Below are positions 9,904 to 20,368 of a DNA stretch of 64,000 nt, in pieces. The translations under genes were made by a program, and so were the position numbers. Position 1 is the first letter of the stretch, and every line of letters starts with the position of its first letter. A model generated the notes under the pieces. That model ran no database searches. It saw only the letters and a program-made list of their open reading frames with translations, and was not told where the DNA came from. This stretch comes from Microcystaceae cyanobacterium (lineage in GTDB: Bacteria; Cyanobacteriota; Cyanobacteriia; Cyanobacteriales; Microcystaceae), in assembly GCA_041746575.1 (NCBI GenBank), contig JBGTGT010000123.1:32001-96000 (forward strand). Reading direction: 5' to 3'.

Positions 9904-11382
9904 CTAAACCGTGGCAGGTTTAGGGTTCGGTTTGGGAATATCGATACAGGCGATCGCTGTTACGACTCGCTCCGCTAATTCAGGGCTGACATGGCGAAAT
10001 AGGTCAACCTGTCGCTCTTGAATGGGCTTCATACATTTACCTAAACTGCCGGCAATATTATGCACCAAACGGTCTTTTTCATCAGGCTGAAGCATCTCGT
10101 AAAACATCTGTGCTTGATCGTAATAATCTTCCTCATCGAGAGCAAGACGATCAGCCATTCCCTCCAAATGATAAGGGGGGTCTTTAGCCGTTTCGTCCGC
10201 CGTCGGATAAGGATGATGGGTCGGGTTATAATTAATGCGAGAGCCGTTATTGCTATCTACCCGCATCAGTCCATCCCGATAAGGTGTATTCGCCGTTGTG
10301 GCATGGGGTTGATTGACAGGAATTGTATCGTAATTTACCCCTAGGCGATAACGATGGGTATCTGCATAGGACATAATTCGCGCCTGTAGCATTCGATCAG
10401 GTGACCAAGAAACCCCCGGAACGACGTTGCCCGGCGAAAAAGCGGCCTGTTCGACCTCTGCAAAGTAATTTTCAGGATTACGATTGAGTTCCATTTGACC
10501 GACTTTCTGCAAAGGATAATCGCCGTGGGGCCAAATTTTAGTCAAATCGAAAGGATTCCAAGGGAAAGTTTGGGCTTGTTCATCGGTCATGGTTTGAATA
10601 TACATCGTCCATGAGGGATAATTGCCCTGATCAATGGCATTGTATAGGTCTTTGGTCGCCCAACGAGGTTCGATGCCTTGCATCTGCATCCATTCTGCTT
10701 CTGTGAAGTTTTTGATGCCTTGATCGGTTTTTAAATGAAATTTAACCCAAATTCGTTCATTGGCTTGGTTAATTAGACTAAAGGTGTGACTGCCATAACC
10801 ATTCATGTGTCGCCATCCCATCGGTGCGCCGCGATCGCCCATTAACCAAAGAACTTGATGGATACTTTCTGGAGATAAAGACCAAAAATCCCACCACATT
10901 TCATCCTGTCGCCAGTGTGCTTGAGGATGCTCTTTCTGAGAACGAATAAAGTCCATAAACTTCATCGGATCTCGCACAAAAAAGATCGGCGTGTCGTTGC
11001 CGACTAAATCCCAATTTCCGTCTTCGGTGTAAAATTTCATGGCAAACCCTCTGAGGTCACGATAGACGTCTGAACCCCCTTTAGACTTAGCAACGGTCGA
11101 AAAACGCACGAATACTTCCGTTTGTTTGCCTATTTGTGAAAATAATTTAGCTTTGGTGTATTGAGTAATATCATCAGTTACTGTAAACGTTCCATAAGCC
11201 CCCGAACCCAATGCGTGAACCACCCTTTCAGGAATTCGTTCGCGGTTAAAATGGGCCATTTTTTCAAGAAGAGTATAGTCTTCTAGGAGTAACGGTCCCC
11301 GTTTCCCCACCGACTTAGAAACCTCGTTACTAGGAACGGGAATTCCGGCGGCGTTGGTCAATGTTTCTTTTTGATTTTCCAC
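9904..11382 (-). CDS. katA: Monofunctional small-subunit heme catalase
   Basis: FNRERIPERVVH active-site motif, VRFSTV, DLVGNDTPIFF, proximal RIMSYADTH; GTG start. Confidence 0.95.
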   Translation of the reverse strand: MENQKETLTNAAGIPVPSNEVSKSVGKRGPLLLEDYTLLEKMAHFNRERIPERVVHALGSGAYGTFTVTDDITQYTKAKLFSQIGKQTEVFVRFSTVAKSKGGSDVYRDLRGFAMKFYTEDGNWDLVGNDTPIFFVRDPMKFMDFIRSQKEHPQAHWRQDEMWWDFWSLSPESIHQVLWLMGDRGAPMGWRHMNGYGSHTFSLINQANERIWVKFHLKTDQGIKNFTEAEWMQMQGIEPRWATKDLYNAIDQGNYPSWTMYIQTMTDEQAQTFPWNPFDLTKIWPHGDYPLQKVGQMELNRNPENYFAEVEQAAFSPGNVVPGVSWSPDRMLQARIMSYADTHRYRLGVNYDTIPVNQPHATTANTPYRDGLMRVDSNNGSRINYNPTHHPYPTADETAKDPPYHLEGMADRLALDEEDYYDQAQMFYEMLQPDEKDRLVHNIAGSLGKCMKPIQERQVDLFRHVSPELAERVVTAIACIDIPKPNPKPATV

Positions 11383-11793
11383 GCTCTAAAATCCTTTTTA
11401 TTGATTCGGGTTAAACGATTACTTTTTTTAGATTAATTCCTGTTTTTGGGGTTTACATCTAACTAAAGTTCAAGAGTATTGAATAAGATTAAGCGTTTTT
11501 GCTTAAGTCGATGGAGATAAAGCAATCTAACTTAGATAAGAATTTTAAGGCTCAAAACTTAAAACCTTGGGTAGAGATAAATTCAAACAAAAACCCTTAA
11601 TATCGAAAGGATATAGTGTTTTTTGACTATTGAATTAATAGGTAAACGGTCAAGTCTGGCCCCTTGTTAAATTAAAACCTGAAAGATTGAAATCCTATAT
11701 TATGAATTTTCACATGGGGTGTTATGAACGTTCAATGACTGAAGATTTTTGCTATTTTTTTAAACATCAAACATCATTTGCGCGATTACTTAA

Positions 11794-12690
11794 ATGAAAT
11801 CTAAACACCATTCGAGCAAAAAAATAGGGGATACCTGGCCACAAGAAGGTAAAGAATTAATGAGGGGCGCAGCAGGGGGGTTTTTATTTGGTGTTCCTTT
11901 GTTATACACTATGGAAGTTTGGTTTATTGGGTCTTATATTGAACCGCCTGTTCTGCTCGGAATTTTGATGATTACGTTTATTGTTATTTTTCTTCTCAAT
12001 CGAGTAGAAGGATTTCGTCCTCAAGAAAGTGCAACCCTATTGGGTGCCATAGCAGAAACCATTGAAACCCTTGCGATCGCTATTATTTGCGCCACGATGA
12101 TTTTAATCGTTTTACAGCGAATTCAATGGGGAGCACCGCTCAATGAAACCCTAGGTAAAGTCATTTTTGAAGCGGTTCCTTGTGCGATCGGGGTTGCCTT
12201 ATCCCACTCAATTCTCAGTGGAGAACCTGAAATAAAGCTAAACAATTCTTCGGCGGGAGATTCTTCTTCTAATCCCTCTCAAAAATTGATTTGGACGGAC
12301 ACTTTAGCTGATTTAAGTGCCACCTTAGTCGGCGTGATATTTGTTGCTTTTAGTATCGCCCCTACGGACGAAATTGACCTATTAGCTTCGGCGGCCACAG
12401 CTCCTTGGTTATTATTAATTATTTTTGCTTCTCTATTAATCACTTATGTCATCGTCTTTGCAGCAGGATTTACGAACCAAAGCAAACGTCGTCAACAGCA
12501 GGGAATTTTTCAAAAACCGCAAAGTGAAACCTTAGCTTATTATCTGATTTCTCTGTTTGCTTCCGCCTTAATGCTGTGGTTTTTTCAAAAACTATCTTTC
12601 CAAAATACTGGGTTAATGTGGTTACGTTACAGTATTGTTTTAAGTTTGCCCGCTAGCATCGGGGGCGCAGCAGGGCGGTTAGCCGTATGA
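11794..12690 (+). CDS. TIGR02587-family integral membrane protein
   Basis: RGAAGGFLFGVPLLYTMEVW, APTDEI and C-terminal SIGGAAGRL. Confidence 0.85.
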   Translation: MKSKHHSSKKIGDTWPQEGKELMRGAAGGFLFGVPLLYTMEVWFIGSYIEPPVLLGILMITFIVIFLLNRVEGFRPQESATLLGAIAETIETLAIAIICATMILIVLQRIQWGAPLNETLGKVIFEAVPCAIGVALSHSILSGEPEIKLNNSSAGDSSSNPSQKLIWTDTLADLSATLVGVIFVAFSIAPTDEIDLLASAATAPWLLLIIFASLLITYVIVFAAGFTNQSKRRQQQGIFQKPQSETLAYYLISLFASALMLWFFQKLSFQNTGLMWLRYSIVLSLPASIGGAAGRLAV

Positions 12691-13085
12691 AAAAAACAGG
12701 GATTATGCCGGAGAGAACCTTAGCCGAAAAAGTCAGCTTTGCTATTTCCTTGATGATTTTAGGATTCATTTTAGCGGTATTGATTTATAGTTGGATGACA
12801 GGAGATAATCAGCCGCCCATTTTAACGGTTAAGATTGACGGTGAAATTTACCAAAAAAATCAGCAATTTTATGTCCCCTATGCTGTTACAAACACAGGCG
12901 GAAAAACGGCTGAATCTGTCGAAGTTAATGCTGAATTAAAGCTGAGTGAAGAAAACAGTGAAGCAGGCACGCAATCCATTAACTATTTATCAGCAGGAGA
13001 GAAGGAAACGGGAGCTTTTATTTTTAGCCATGATCCCGATTTGGGAAAACTACAAATACGAATTGCTAGCTTTAAGCTTCCCTAA
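12687..13085 (+). CDS. TIGR02588-family protein
   Basis: ATGA overlap with the upstream gene; N-terminal TM helix, VTNTGGKTAESV, FIFSHDP. Confidence 0.85.
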   Translation: MKKTGIMPERTLAEKVSFAISLMILGFILAVLIYSWMTGDNQPPILTVKIDGEIYQKNQQFYVPYAVTNTGGKTAESVEVNAELKLSEENSEAGTQSINYLSAGEKETGAFIFSHDPDLGKLQIRIASFKLP

Positions 13086-13128
13086 TTTAAAACAACTAAA
13101 AGTTAAAGGAATGACCCGACAGAAACCC

Positions 13129-13971
13129 CTAATATCGCTTCCTGTTACCGATAACTTTTTCCCTACCGTTCGACTCCTGCAAGAAGTCTAATGGTTGAAA
13201 ATTGAACATCCGATAACGGGCTTGAACAAATAAATAAATCGCATAAGCGATTAAACCAAAGGCAACGATCCCTAACAGTAATTTACCATAAGGTTGTTGG
13301 GCTAAACTCAACAATGCGCCATCGAGTCCTTTAACTTCCTCAGAATCTACTTGATGGGCGGCTCGCATCACAAAAAAGCCGATGATAATAAAGACAAATC
13401 CTCTAGCAGCGATGCCAAAACGACTAATATTCACGAGCCAAGTTTGCTGTTCAAAATCCAATTCACTGAGGTTTAATTTTTTACGAAACTTTATTTTATA
13501 AGCTTGATAAATTCGCCAAAAACCAATCCCAATAATCAACGCACCTACCAATCCGACTAGCCATCTGCCAAAGGGTTGCCCCATGACCATTGCTGTCCAA
13601 TCTTGCTTAGAATCTCCATTATTACCACCCCCTGAACCCACGGCTAATAAGGCGGCATTAAAAGCCACACCCGCATAGGCAAATCCACTCAACGCCGCAC
13701 CCAAGCGAGTCGCAATTCCTTTAAGGTCTGAGCCATGATGTTCAGGATCACCAATCGCTTCCGTCAAACGCCACAGCACATATCCGACTAATCCGATCGC
13801 AATTAAAATCAGTATGATACTGCCCAAAGGTCGGGCTGCAATCGCTTGTAACGCCCCAGTTGTATCAGTGGTTTGACCCCCCAAATTAAAGGCCGCTAAT
13901 ACGGCTAAAATTCCGATCAGGGCGTACACCACTCCTTTGGCTACGTAGCCAAATCTTGCAAAGGTTTCCAT
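13129..13971 (-). CDS. DUF1206 membrane protein
   Basis: Repeated ARFGYVAKGVVY / RFGIAARGFVF and QPFGRWL / QPYGKLL units. Confidence 0.88.
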   Translation of the reverse strand: METFARFGYVAKGVVYALIGILAVLAAFNLGGQTTDTTGALQAIAARPLGSIILILIAIGLVGYVLWRLTEAIGDPEHHGSDLKGIATRLGAALSGFAYAGVAFNAALLAVGSGGGNNGDSKQDWTAMVMGQPFGRWLVGLVGALIIGIGFWRIYQAYKIKFRKKLNLSELDFEQQTWLVNISRFGIAARGFVFIIIGFFVMRAAHQVDSEEVKGLDGALLSLAQQPYGKLLLGIVAFGLIAYAIYLFVQARYRMFNFQPLDFLQESNGREKVIGNRKRY

Positions 13972-14337
13972 TGTTTTATTGTTTAATTTTTTAAATGATC
14001 TTGCATGCCAAAGGTTTCACGCTTTGACTAAGCATATCTTAGTTATTCTAAAGAAAAATAGCCTCTATCTTTTTAAGCAATTTCCTTTACTTCTGATGAT
14101 AGATTCTGCCCCATTTGATCTGATCATTTTGGAGGGGAAAAAGATATCTACAACGACTGAACAACTAGAGGAGAGTAACTTAATATTTCTATATAATGGT
14201 AACTGATCGCCTGACTTCAATACGTATTAATAATATTGGGGGGAGATTATTTTTCCTTCTGTAGTCAGAGGTGAGAAGAAGACTAATCGGATTAAAATAT
14301 TAGGTGACATTAAAACTTAAATTAAAAAGCAATCACC

Positions 14338-14499
14338 ATGGATATTATTCGTCTAATTTGTGCTGTTTTCTTGCCCCCTCTGGGTGTTTTTTTGCAAACC
14401 GGACTGAGTGGACAATTCTTCTTGAACATCCTATTGACTTTATTAGGGTATGTTCCGGGCATCATCCACGCTGTTTGGATTATTACCACTCGAAAATAG
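14338..14499 (+). CDS. YqaE/Pmp3-family stress proteolipid, 53 aa (not in the ORF track)
   Basis: MDIIRLICAVFLPPLGVFLQTGLSGQFFLNILLTLLGYVPGIIHAVWIITTRK; classic LPPLGV...NILLTLLGYVPGIIHA motif. Confidence 0.93.
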   Translation: MDIIRLICAVFLPPLGVFLQTGLSGQFFLNILLTLLGYVPGIIHAVWIITTRK

Positions 14500-14715
14500 G
14501 CTGATACAATCAATCAGCAAATTGCTGAGAAAAAGCGGCAGAGAAAAAATTTAAAATAAAATTAAAAATAGCGCAGGTTAGTTATTCACGGCATAATCGC
14601 TTAAGCTTAAAATCACTCTTTTGAGATAAAGCATTTCACAGCTTGAGGTAGATAAATTTTATTTTTCTTTGTGGCTTTAATTAAGAACACGCCTAATCAA
14701 AGCTATTTTTTCACA

Positions 14716-16242
14716 ATGAATACTTCAACTGAAATTAACCCCTCTTTTTGGATTCAATCCACGCCTCAAACCCATTTTCCGCTCCTCGATGGTGAGATCA
14801 CGGTAGATGTTGCGATTGTTGGCGGCGGCATCGCCGGATTAACTGCTGCTTATTTACTCAGCCGAGCGGGAAAAACCGTTGCTGTGGTGGAAGCGAAACA
14901 AATCGTCACGGGAGTCAGTGGTCATACCACCGCTAAAGTGACAGCATTACATCAACTTATTTATGCAGATTTAATCGACCAATGGGGGGAAGAGAAAGCC
15001 CGACTTTATGGGGAATCCAATTTGTCTGCCCTAGAAAAAGTGGCTGAAATTGTTGAAAGAGAACAGATAGATTGCGATTTTCGTCGTTTACCTGCCTATA
15101 CCTTCGCGCTACCCCATAATGATCTGAGCAAAGTTGAGGCAGAAGTCAAAGCCGCCCTTAAATGTGGTCTTCCTGCCTCTTTTGTCACCGACACGCCATT
15201 GCCCTTTACGACGCCGGGGGCTATTAAGGTAGAAAATCAAGCCCAATTTCATGTACGCAAGTATTTATTACATTTAGCAAATCTTGTTGTCAGTAATGGG
15301 GGTCATATTTTTGAACAATCCTCCGTAAAGACGGTAGAAGAAGGGCAACCCCACCGCGTTATCAGTTCGCAAGGCACCGTTAATGCTAAAACCGTCATTG
15401 TAACAACGAACTTACCCATTCTTGATCAAGGTCTCTTTTTTGCCAAAACCTATCCGAAGCGTTCTTATATTGTTGGGGCAACTATTGACCCAGCGGACGC
15501 ACCAGAAGGGGTATTTATTGGTTATGGTAAAGAATATCAATCCATTCGCACCACACCCGATGGAGATGAGCTATTGCTCCTTATCGGCGGACAAGGGCAT
15601 AAAGTCGGCACAAAAACCGATACTGAAACCTGTTATCAGAGTTTAGAAAATTATGCCACCACCCATTTTCCGATTAAAACCCTTAAATATCGCTGGTCTA
15701 CTCAAGATATGGTGTCCTTCGATAAAGTTCCCTATATCGGCAAGTTAACCCCTATCAGTCAAAATATTTATGTTGCTACTGGTTTTAGTTTGTGGGGCAT
15801 GACCAACGGCACGTTATCAGGCATGATTTTATCAGATCTTATTTTGGATCAAGACAATCCTTGGATCTCCCTCTATGATGCCACTCGCGCCACCTCCTTT
15901 GTGACCTCAGAATCCATCAAACAAAACCTAGATGTCGGAAAACATTGGTTTGGCGATCGCTTTAAAGATCTTTTTACCTCAGATTACGAAGATTTAAAAC
16001 CAGACCAAGGAAAAGTCATTACTCGTAATAATGAAAAAATAGCTGTCTATAAGGATTCTCAAGGGAATTTACAGGAAATGTCTGCAGTATGTCCCCATTT
16101 GGGTTGTATTGTTAACTGGAACAATGCCGAACAAAGTTGGGATTGCCCTTGTCATGGGGCGCGTTTTAGCTGTGAAGGCAAAGTCCTCCGTGCGCCTGCC
16201 ACTCAGGATTTAGAACACAAAGAACTATCGGTTAAGGGTTAA
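14716..16242 (+). CDS. FAD-dependent oxidoreductase with C-terminal Rieske [2Fe-2S] domain (YhfW-like)
   Basis: VGGGIAG FAD motif, GHTTAK, Rieske CPHLGC...CPCHG. ATG at 14716 preferred over GTG at 14671. Confidence 0.9.
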   Translation: MNTSTEINPSFWIQSTPQTHFPLLDGEITVDVAIVGGGIAGLTAAYLLSRAGKTVAVVEAKQIVTGVSGHTTAKVTALHQLIYADLIDQWGEEKARLYGESNLSALEKVAEIVEREQIDCDFRRLPAYTFALPHNDLSKVEAEVKAALKCGLPASFVTDTPLPFTTPGAIKVENQAQFHVRKYLLHLANLVVSNGGHIFEQSSVKTVEEGQPHRVISSQGTVNAKTVIVTTNLPILDQGLFFAKTYPKRSYIVGATIDPADAPEGVFIGYGKEYQSIRTTPDGDELLLLIGGQGHKVGTKTDTETCYQSLENYATTHFPIKTLKYRWSTQDMVSFDKVPYIGKLTPISQNIYVATGFSLWGMTNGTLSGMILSDLILDQDNPWISLYDATRATSFVTSESIKQNLDVGKHWFGDRFKDLFTSDYEDLKPDQGKVITRNNEKIAVYKDSQGNLQEMSAVCPHLGCIVNWNNAEQSWDCPCHGARFSCEGKVLRAPATQDLEHKELSVKG

Positions 16243-16264
16243 GTAAGGTCAGTAAAGGATCACG

Positions 16265-16307
16265 AAAAGAGGAAAGCAAAGACTATAAGAGCCCAATTTC
16301 CTCTTTT
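16265..16307. terminator. Probable bidirectional terminator
   Basis: AAAAGAGGAAA...TTTCCTCTTTT inverted repeat between convergent genes. Confidence 0.45.
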
Positions 16308-16316
16308 TCTTCTCTT

Positions 16317-18389
16317 TTAAAGTAACATCAATAAAGGCCCAGTTTGCTCTGTACCCCTGACATTTAGGTCACTGTGACAGAAAATTAGTTTTTCTTCTAC
16401 TCTCGCTAAAAGATCCTCGAGAAGACGGCTCAAACGCGCTTTATCCGCTTCCACTTCATCTTCAAGAGAAATCGGTCGTCCAGACCAATCTTTAAGGAAA
16501 ATCGGCGCACCTAAGAGGACGGCAGACCCCCCTTTTTCCCAAAGCGGTGAGGCAATATCTAGCCAAAAATGCCATTTATGAGAACGTCGCAGAGAACGAT
16601 ACTGAAAAATCGTTGCTAAGGTCACAGCCTCCTCTTTTTGACCAAAAGATTGAACAGGGCGGGGATTAGCGGTAATTGTGCCACGTTTTAGCAACTGCAA
16701 AAATTCTTTGAGGTTCATTTGCACAAAATCAGCTTTTTTTTGATACAATTGAACTCTTTTGCTGATTTCCCAATAATGCTGGCACGTTTCCATCAATTCT
16801 CGCAAGGCAGAGGCTTGATCATAGGAGAGAGAGGAATTAAAATCGATCAGTTCATTCATTGCCCCGTGTAAAACCATCAAAGGACTAGGGGACGGTTGTT
16901 GAGAAATTTTCGCTTGTGTTTCTTCAATCCATTGACAAATTCTTCGATAGGCTTCCGTTGCTCGATATCCCAAGCGATCTCGACGAGAAAAGGACTCAAG
17001 GGGTAATAAACGAGGATTTTCAGGATCAATATGATAGCAATAATCCACTATTAAACCGGCACGAACGGGGTCAATATCGGGAATTAAACGTTTTCCTATA
17101 AAATTTTGCTCTATTATGGCTTTTTGGCTTAAAATAACTAGCATTTCTGCCACTTCGTCTTTTAGAACCCATCTTCCTAAACCAGAATAGACTAAACCCA
17201 GTAAGGTTAATAAGGCACGCACGAGAGGAGAACTGATGAGAGGACGTTGTTCGTTTAACGCCGTAATGGCAATCCCTGACGCTGCAATAATCTCCATAAG
17301 ACTATATCGGGCAATTTCATCTAAACCGGGGGAAATAATGGCAATTTCTTCGGGTTTTATTTGCTTCTTTTCTACCGCTTCAATAATATAGGCGGCCGTT
17401 TGCCGTAATAATTCTGACCGTAAAGGGGTTTGAAGGGACTGAACAAAAGGGGGCAAAGAAACGATATTAAGCGGATTGAGGGCTAAAGGAACGATAATAT
17501 CAACCAATTCTCTGGCCAGTCCTCCTGTTGCTTCTAACTGGATTATTTCACAGCGATTAGCTAATTGGGAAACCGCCGTGGCATCTGCTCCCAATCCTAA
17601 GCGAATTTGACCCTGCGGATTAAAGGTAAAAACGCCATTAGCTCCAGTATTTAAGAGTAAATTTGCTAATTGAACAAAAATAGCCGGATAATCGTCTAAA
17701 TCATCTGCAAAAATCCCTTGATAACGTTCTTGAAGATAACGTTGATACTTCACATCGGGCAGTAAATCGCGCCAGTAGAGGGTATAAATCAAGCCGTAAC
17801 TTAATAATCCTCTCTCTAAACACCAGTTTTGCCACTCAATAATTAATTTACCCCGTAAAGCAATGATTTCCTCTGTTTCTGCTCCTAAACCCACTTCTGG
17901 CAAGCCTTCTCTGAGTAATACGGGAATCTCCTCAACGGGCAGGCCACTTGTCCCCGCTAGTTGCAGTAAATCCAAGGTTTGACGAACAAAACGAGATTTG
18001 CTTACTTCATTTAAGCTTAACCAGTCTTTTTCAAGGGAAGGCCGCCATAACTGAGTTGCTAAGTCTTGTTCCGTTTCAGGGCGCAATCTGAGGGGAAATT
18101 GGGCATTCAGTCCGAGCTTTTCAAATAAAATTGGCCAAAATAAGCTTATTTCTTCTGAAATAAAGCCCAAGAACGTTTTACAAAGAATGGGATAACGACC
18201 TCCCACAGCGATCGCTAGTTTATCGGCTAAAACCTTTCTATTATCATCATTTGCGGCAAAAACAAGGCTTTGTGGCATTAATTTCTGTTTTTTTTCATTT
18301 TTTTCTAGCCAATCACAAAATTTCTTCTGTAGTCTTGTCGTTTTGCCACTGCGACTGCTCCCTTGAATCCATTGTGCTGTCTCGCTCAC
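16317..18389 (-). CDS. Conserved cyanobacterial P-loop protein, UvrD/AddB-like fold, function unknown
   Basis: N-terminal GSSRSGKT Walker A; IFADDLDD Walker-B-like motif. Confidence 0.65.
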   Translation of the reverse strand: MSETAQWIQGSSRSGKTTRLQKKFCDWLEKNEKKQKLMPQSLVFAANDDNRKVLADKLAIAVGGRYPILCKTFLGFISEEISLFWPILFEKLGLNAQFPLRLRPETEQDLATQLWRPSLEKDWLSLNEVSKSRFVRQTLDLLQLAGTSGLPVEEIPVLLREGLPEVGLGAETEEIIALRGKLIIEWQNWCLERGLLSYGLIYTLYWRDLLPDVKYQRYLQERYQGIFADDLDDYPAIFVQLANLLLNTGANGVFTFNPQGQIRLGLGADATAVSQLANRCEIIQLEATGGLARELVDIIVPLALNPLNIVSLPPFVQSLQTPLRSELLRQTAAYIIEAVEKKQIKPEEIAIISPGLDEIARYSLMEIIAASGIAITALNEQRPLISSPLVRALLTLLGLVYSGLGRWVLKDEVAEMLVILSQKAIIEQNFIGKRLIPDIDPVRAGLIVDYCYHIDPENPRLLPLESFSRRDRLGYRATEAYRRICQWIEETQAKISQQPSPSPLMVLHGAMNELIDFNSSLSYDQASALRELMETCQHYWEISKRVQLYQKKADFVQMNLKEFLQLLKRGTITANPRPVQSFGQKEEAVTLATIFQYRSLRRSHKWHFWLDIASPLWEKGGSAVLLGAPIFLKDWSGRPISLEDEVEADKARLSRLLEDLLARVEEKLIFCHSDLNVRGTEQTGPLLMLL

Positions 18390-18509
18390 AGATTGTCCTC
18401 GCTTAACTTTGCTAATATATTCCCTACAATAGTAGAAAAGATCGAGTCAGTAAGAGGAAATAGGGCATTTAGCCCGTTGATTTGAATTTTTGTTATTCAC
18501 TTAAACACC

Positions 18510-19811
18510 ATGAAAATGCCTTCACTTTTTAAAGCGGTTACCCAATGGGTTTCAGAAACACCCGAAAGAGCCTTAGATAAAGCTTATCGCGCCGCCTGTA
18601 AAATCAAAGAAATTGAAGATAAACATTTTCAAGGTAAACCGGCTTTTCCCGAAAATTCAGCCTTTGGAGAAAGTTTAACTGCCTCTTTGATTTCGGAAGT
18701 CAATGGACATTTAAAAGCGATTGAAATGCGGATAGGAATGTTTAAAACCAGTCGCTATTTTTTGAATTTATATGATCCCGATAAAGTACCAAAACAAGAA
18801 CTAGCAGATTCTTCTGGCGTTGAATCATTAATGTTAGAAAAGTTAAAAATTATTGATCAGGTTACGGCGCGTTATCATCGTCAAGTCGTTTTTGAAAATA
18901 ACAATTCATCTGCAATTAAGCCCCTAACTCAACCTGAAAGTTTAACCGTTAGAAAAGAACCTCGTCCTGAAGCAAAAGATCCTAATCGAAAACTAGAAAC
19001 TGCTACTCAGAAAACGGGGGTTTTACCTCGTTCTTTCCTGAAAACAATTAATAAAATTAAGCAAGAAATTGATCCCAATTCAGTTGATACTGAAGAAGAA
19101 GTTATTAAAAAGTATCGCACTTCCCGTTATAAAACGGCTATTTCAATTAAATTTATTCTTTTTCTTATTATTGTTCCCTTGCTTACCCATCAACTGACGA
19201 AAACTTTTTTATTAACTCCCCTTGTAAGAAATTATTTTTCTTACCACGAACAGATTGTTTTTATTAATCAAGATTTAGAAGAAGAAGCCTTTACAGAACT
19301 CAAGCATTTTGAAGAACATTTACGGTTTCAAACTTTATTAGGAATTGCCCCTACATTAAGTGAAGAAGAAATTGAAGAAAAGCTAAGAGAGGAAGCGCAG
19401 GAAGTTTCAGAGCGATTCCGCCGACGAGGAGTTAATGCTTTTGCGAATATTTTTGCAGATATTTTTTCTTTAGTTGCTTTTGGGGTTGTTATTGCTATAA
19501 GTCGTGAGGAAATCGAAACGGTGAAAGGATTCTTAGACGAAACGCTCTATAGTTTAAGTGATTCTGCAAAAGCGTTTTTAATTATTCTGTTTACGGATAT
19601 GTTTGTCGGTTTCCACTCTCCCCACGGCTGGGAAGTGATCTTAGAAGGGATGGCGCATCATTTTGGACTTCCTGAAAACCGAGAGTTTAATTTTTTGTTT
19701 ATTGCGACTTTTCCCGTCATTTTAGACACGGTGTTAAAGTATTGGATTTTCCGTTACTTAAATCGTATTTCTCCTTCTGCTGTTGCCACTTATAAAAATA
19801 TGAATGAATAA
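18510..19811 (+). CDS. pxcA: Proton extrusion protein PxcA (CemA family)
   Basis: TPERALDKAYRAA, LSDSAKAFLIILFTDMFVGFHSPHGWE, FPVILDTVLKYWIFRYLNRISPS. Confidence 0.95.
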   Translation: MKMPSLFKAVTQWVSETPERALDKAYRAACKIKEIEDKHFQGKPAFPENSAFGESLTASLISEVNGHLKAIEMRIGMFKTSRYFLNLYDPDKVPKQELADSSGVESLMLEKLKIIDQVTARYHRQVVFENNNSSAIKPLTQPESLTVRKEPRPEAKDPNRKLETATQKTGVLPRSFLKTINKIKQEIDPNSVDTEEEVIKKYRTSRYKTAISIKFILFLIIVPLLTHQLTKTFLLTPLVRNYFSYHEQIVFINQDLEEEAFTELKHFEEHLRFQTLLGIAPTLSEEEIEEKLREEAQEVSERFRRRGVNAFANIFADIFSLVAFGVVIAISREEIETVKGFLDETLYSLSDSAKAFLIILFTDMFVGFHSPHGWEVILEGMAHHFGLPENREFNFLFIATFPVILDTVLKYWIFRYLNRISPSAVATYKNMNE

Positions 19812-20023
19812 TATATCCTCTCATTTTAGAGACGTTTTATGAAGATAGAGATAAGGCAACAATAACAAAATTGAAGATTGAATCAGGAGGAAAGCTCAGA
19901 TATTCCGCTCATCAAACACTTATCTTAATTTTTTATTAAATTTTCTTGAATTCTTATTTTTTTTTGTTACGTTAAATAGGCTATTGATTCATATCATTAA
20001 TGTAAATACGGAGATTAGAAGCA

Positions 20024-20119
20024 ATGACCACCGACCAACTGCTGTTATTAGCGGGTTTATTACTGCCTGGCCTTTTGCTTTCTGCTTTAGTAATGGGAAG
20101 TTTTGCTAAGGGTGGTTAA
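20024..20119 (+). CDS. norf4: 31-aa single-TM microprotein, Norf4-like (not in the ORF track)
   Basis: MTTDQLLLLAGLLLPGLLLSALVMGSFAKGG with upstream GGAG. Length and sequence resemble cyanobacterial Norf4 as I recall it; not verified by search. Confidence 0.7.
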   Translation: MTTDQLLLLAGLLLPGLLLSALVMGSFAKGG

Positions 20120-20368
20120 GCTTGAAAGGATGGCTTGAAGCAAATGCTTTGTCAAGAAAGTTTTAGGCGATATTACGTTGAAAATTGTCTTTTTATCCTG
20201 ACCATTTCCCTTTCATGTAGATTCAGTCCAATGAAAGTTTAAGAGAATGTAACCCCCGAATGGGTTATAATCAAAGATTGGGGATTTAACGCTAATGCAC
20301 CTAGTGAGATCGTCTCCCTAAGTTTATTTAGATCCTTCTTTTTGAGTCGTTTACCGTCAAAATATCAG

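Noticed and set aside
14304..14513. 66-aa and 63-aa ORFs in the track
   Set aside because: Shadows of the real 53-aa YqaE/Pmp3 gene at 14338-14499.
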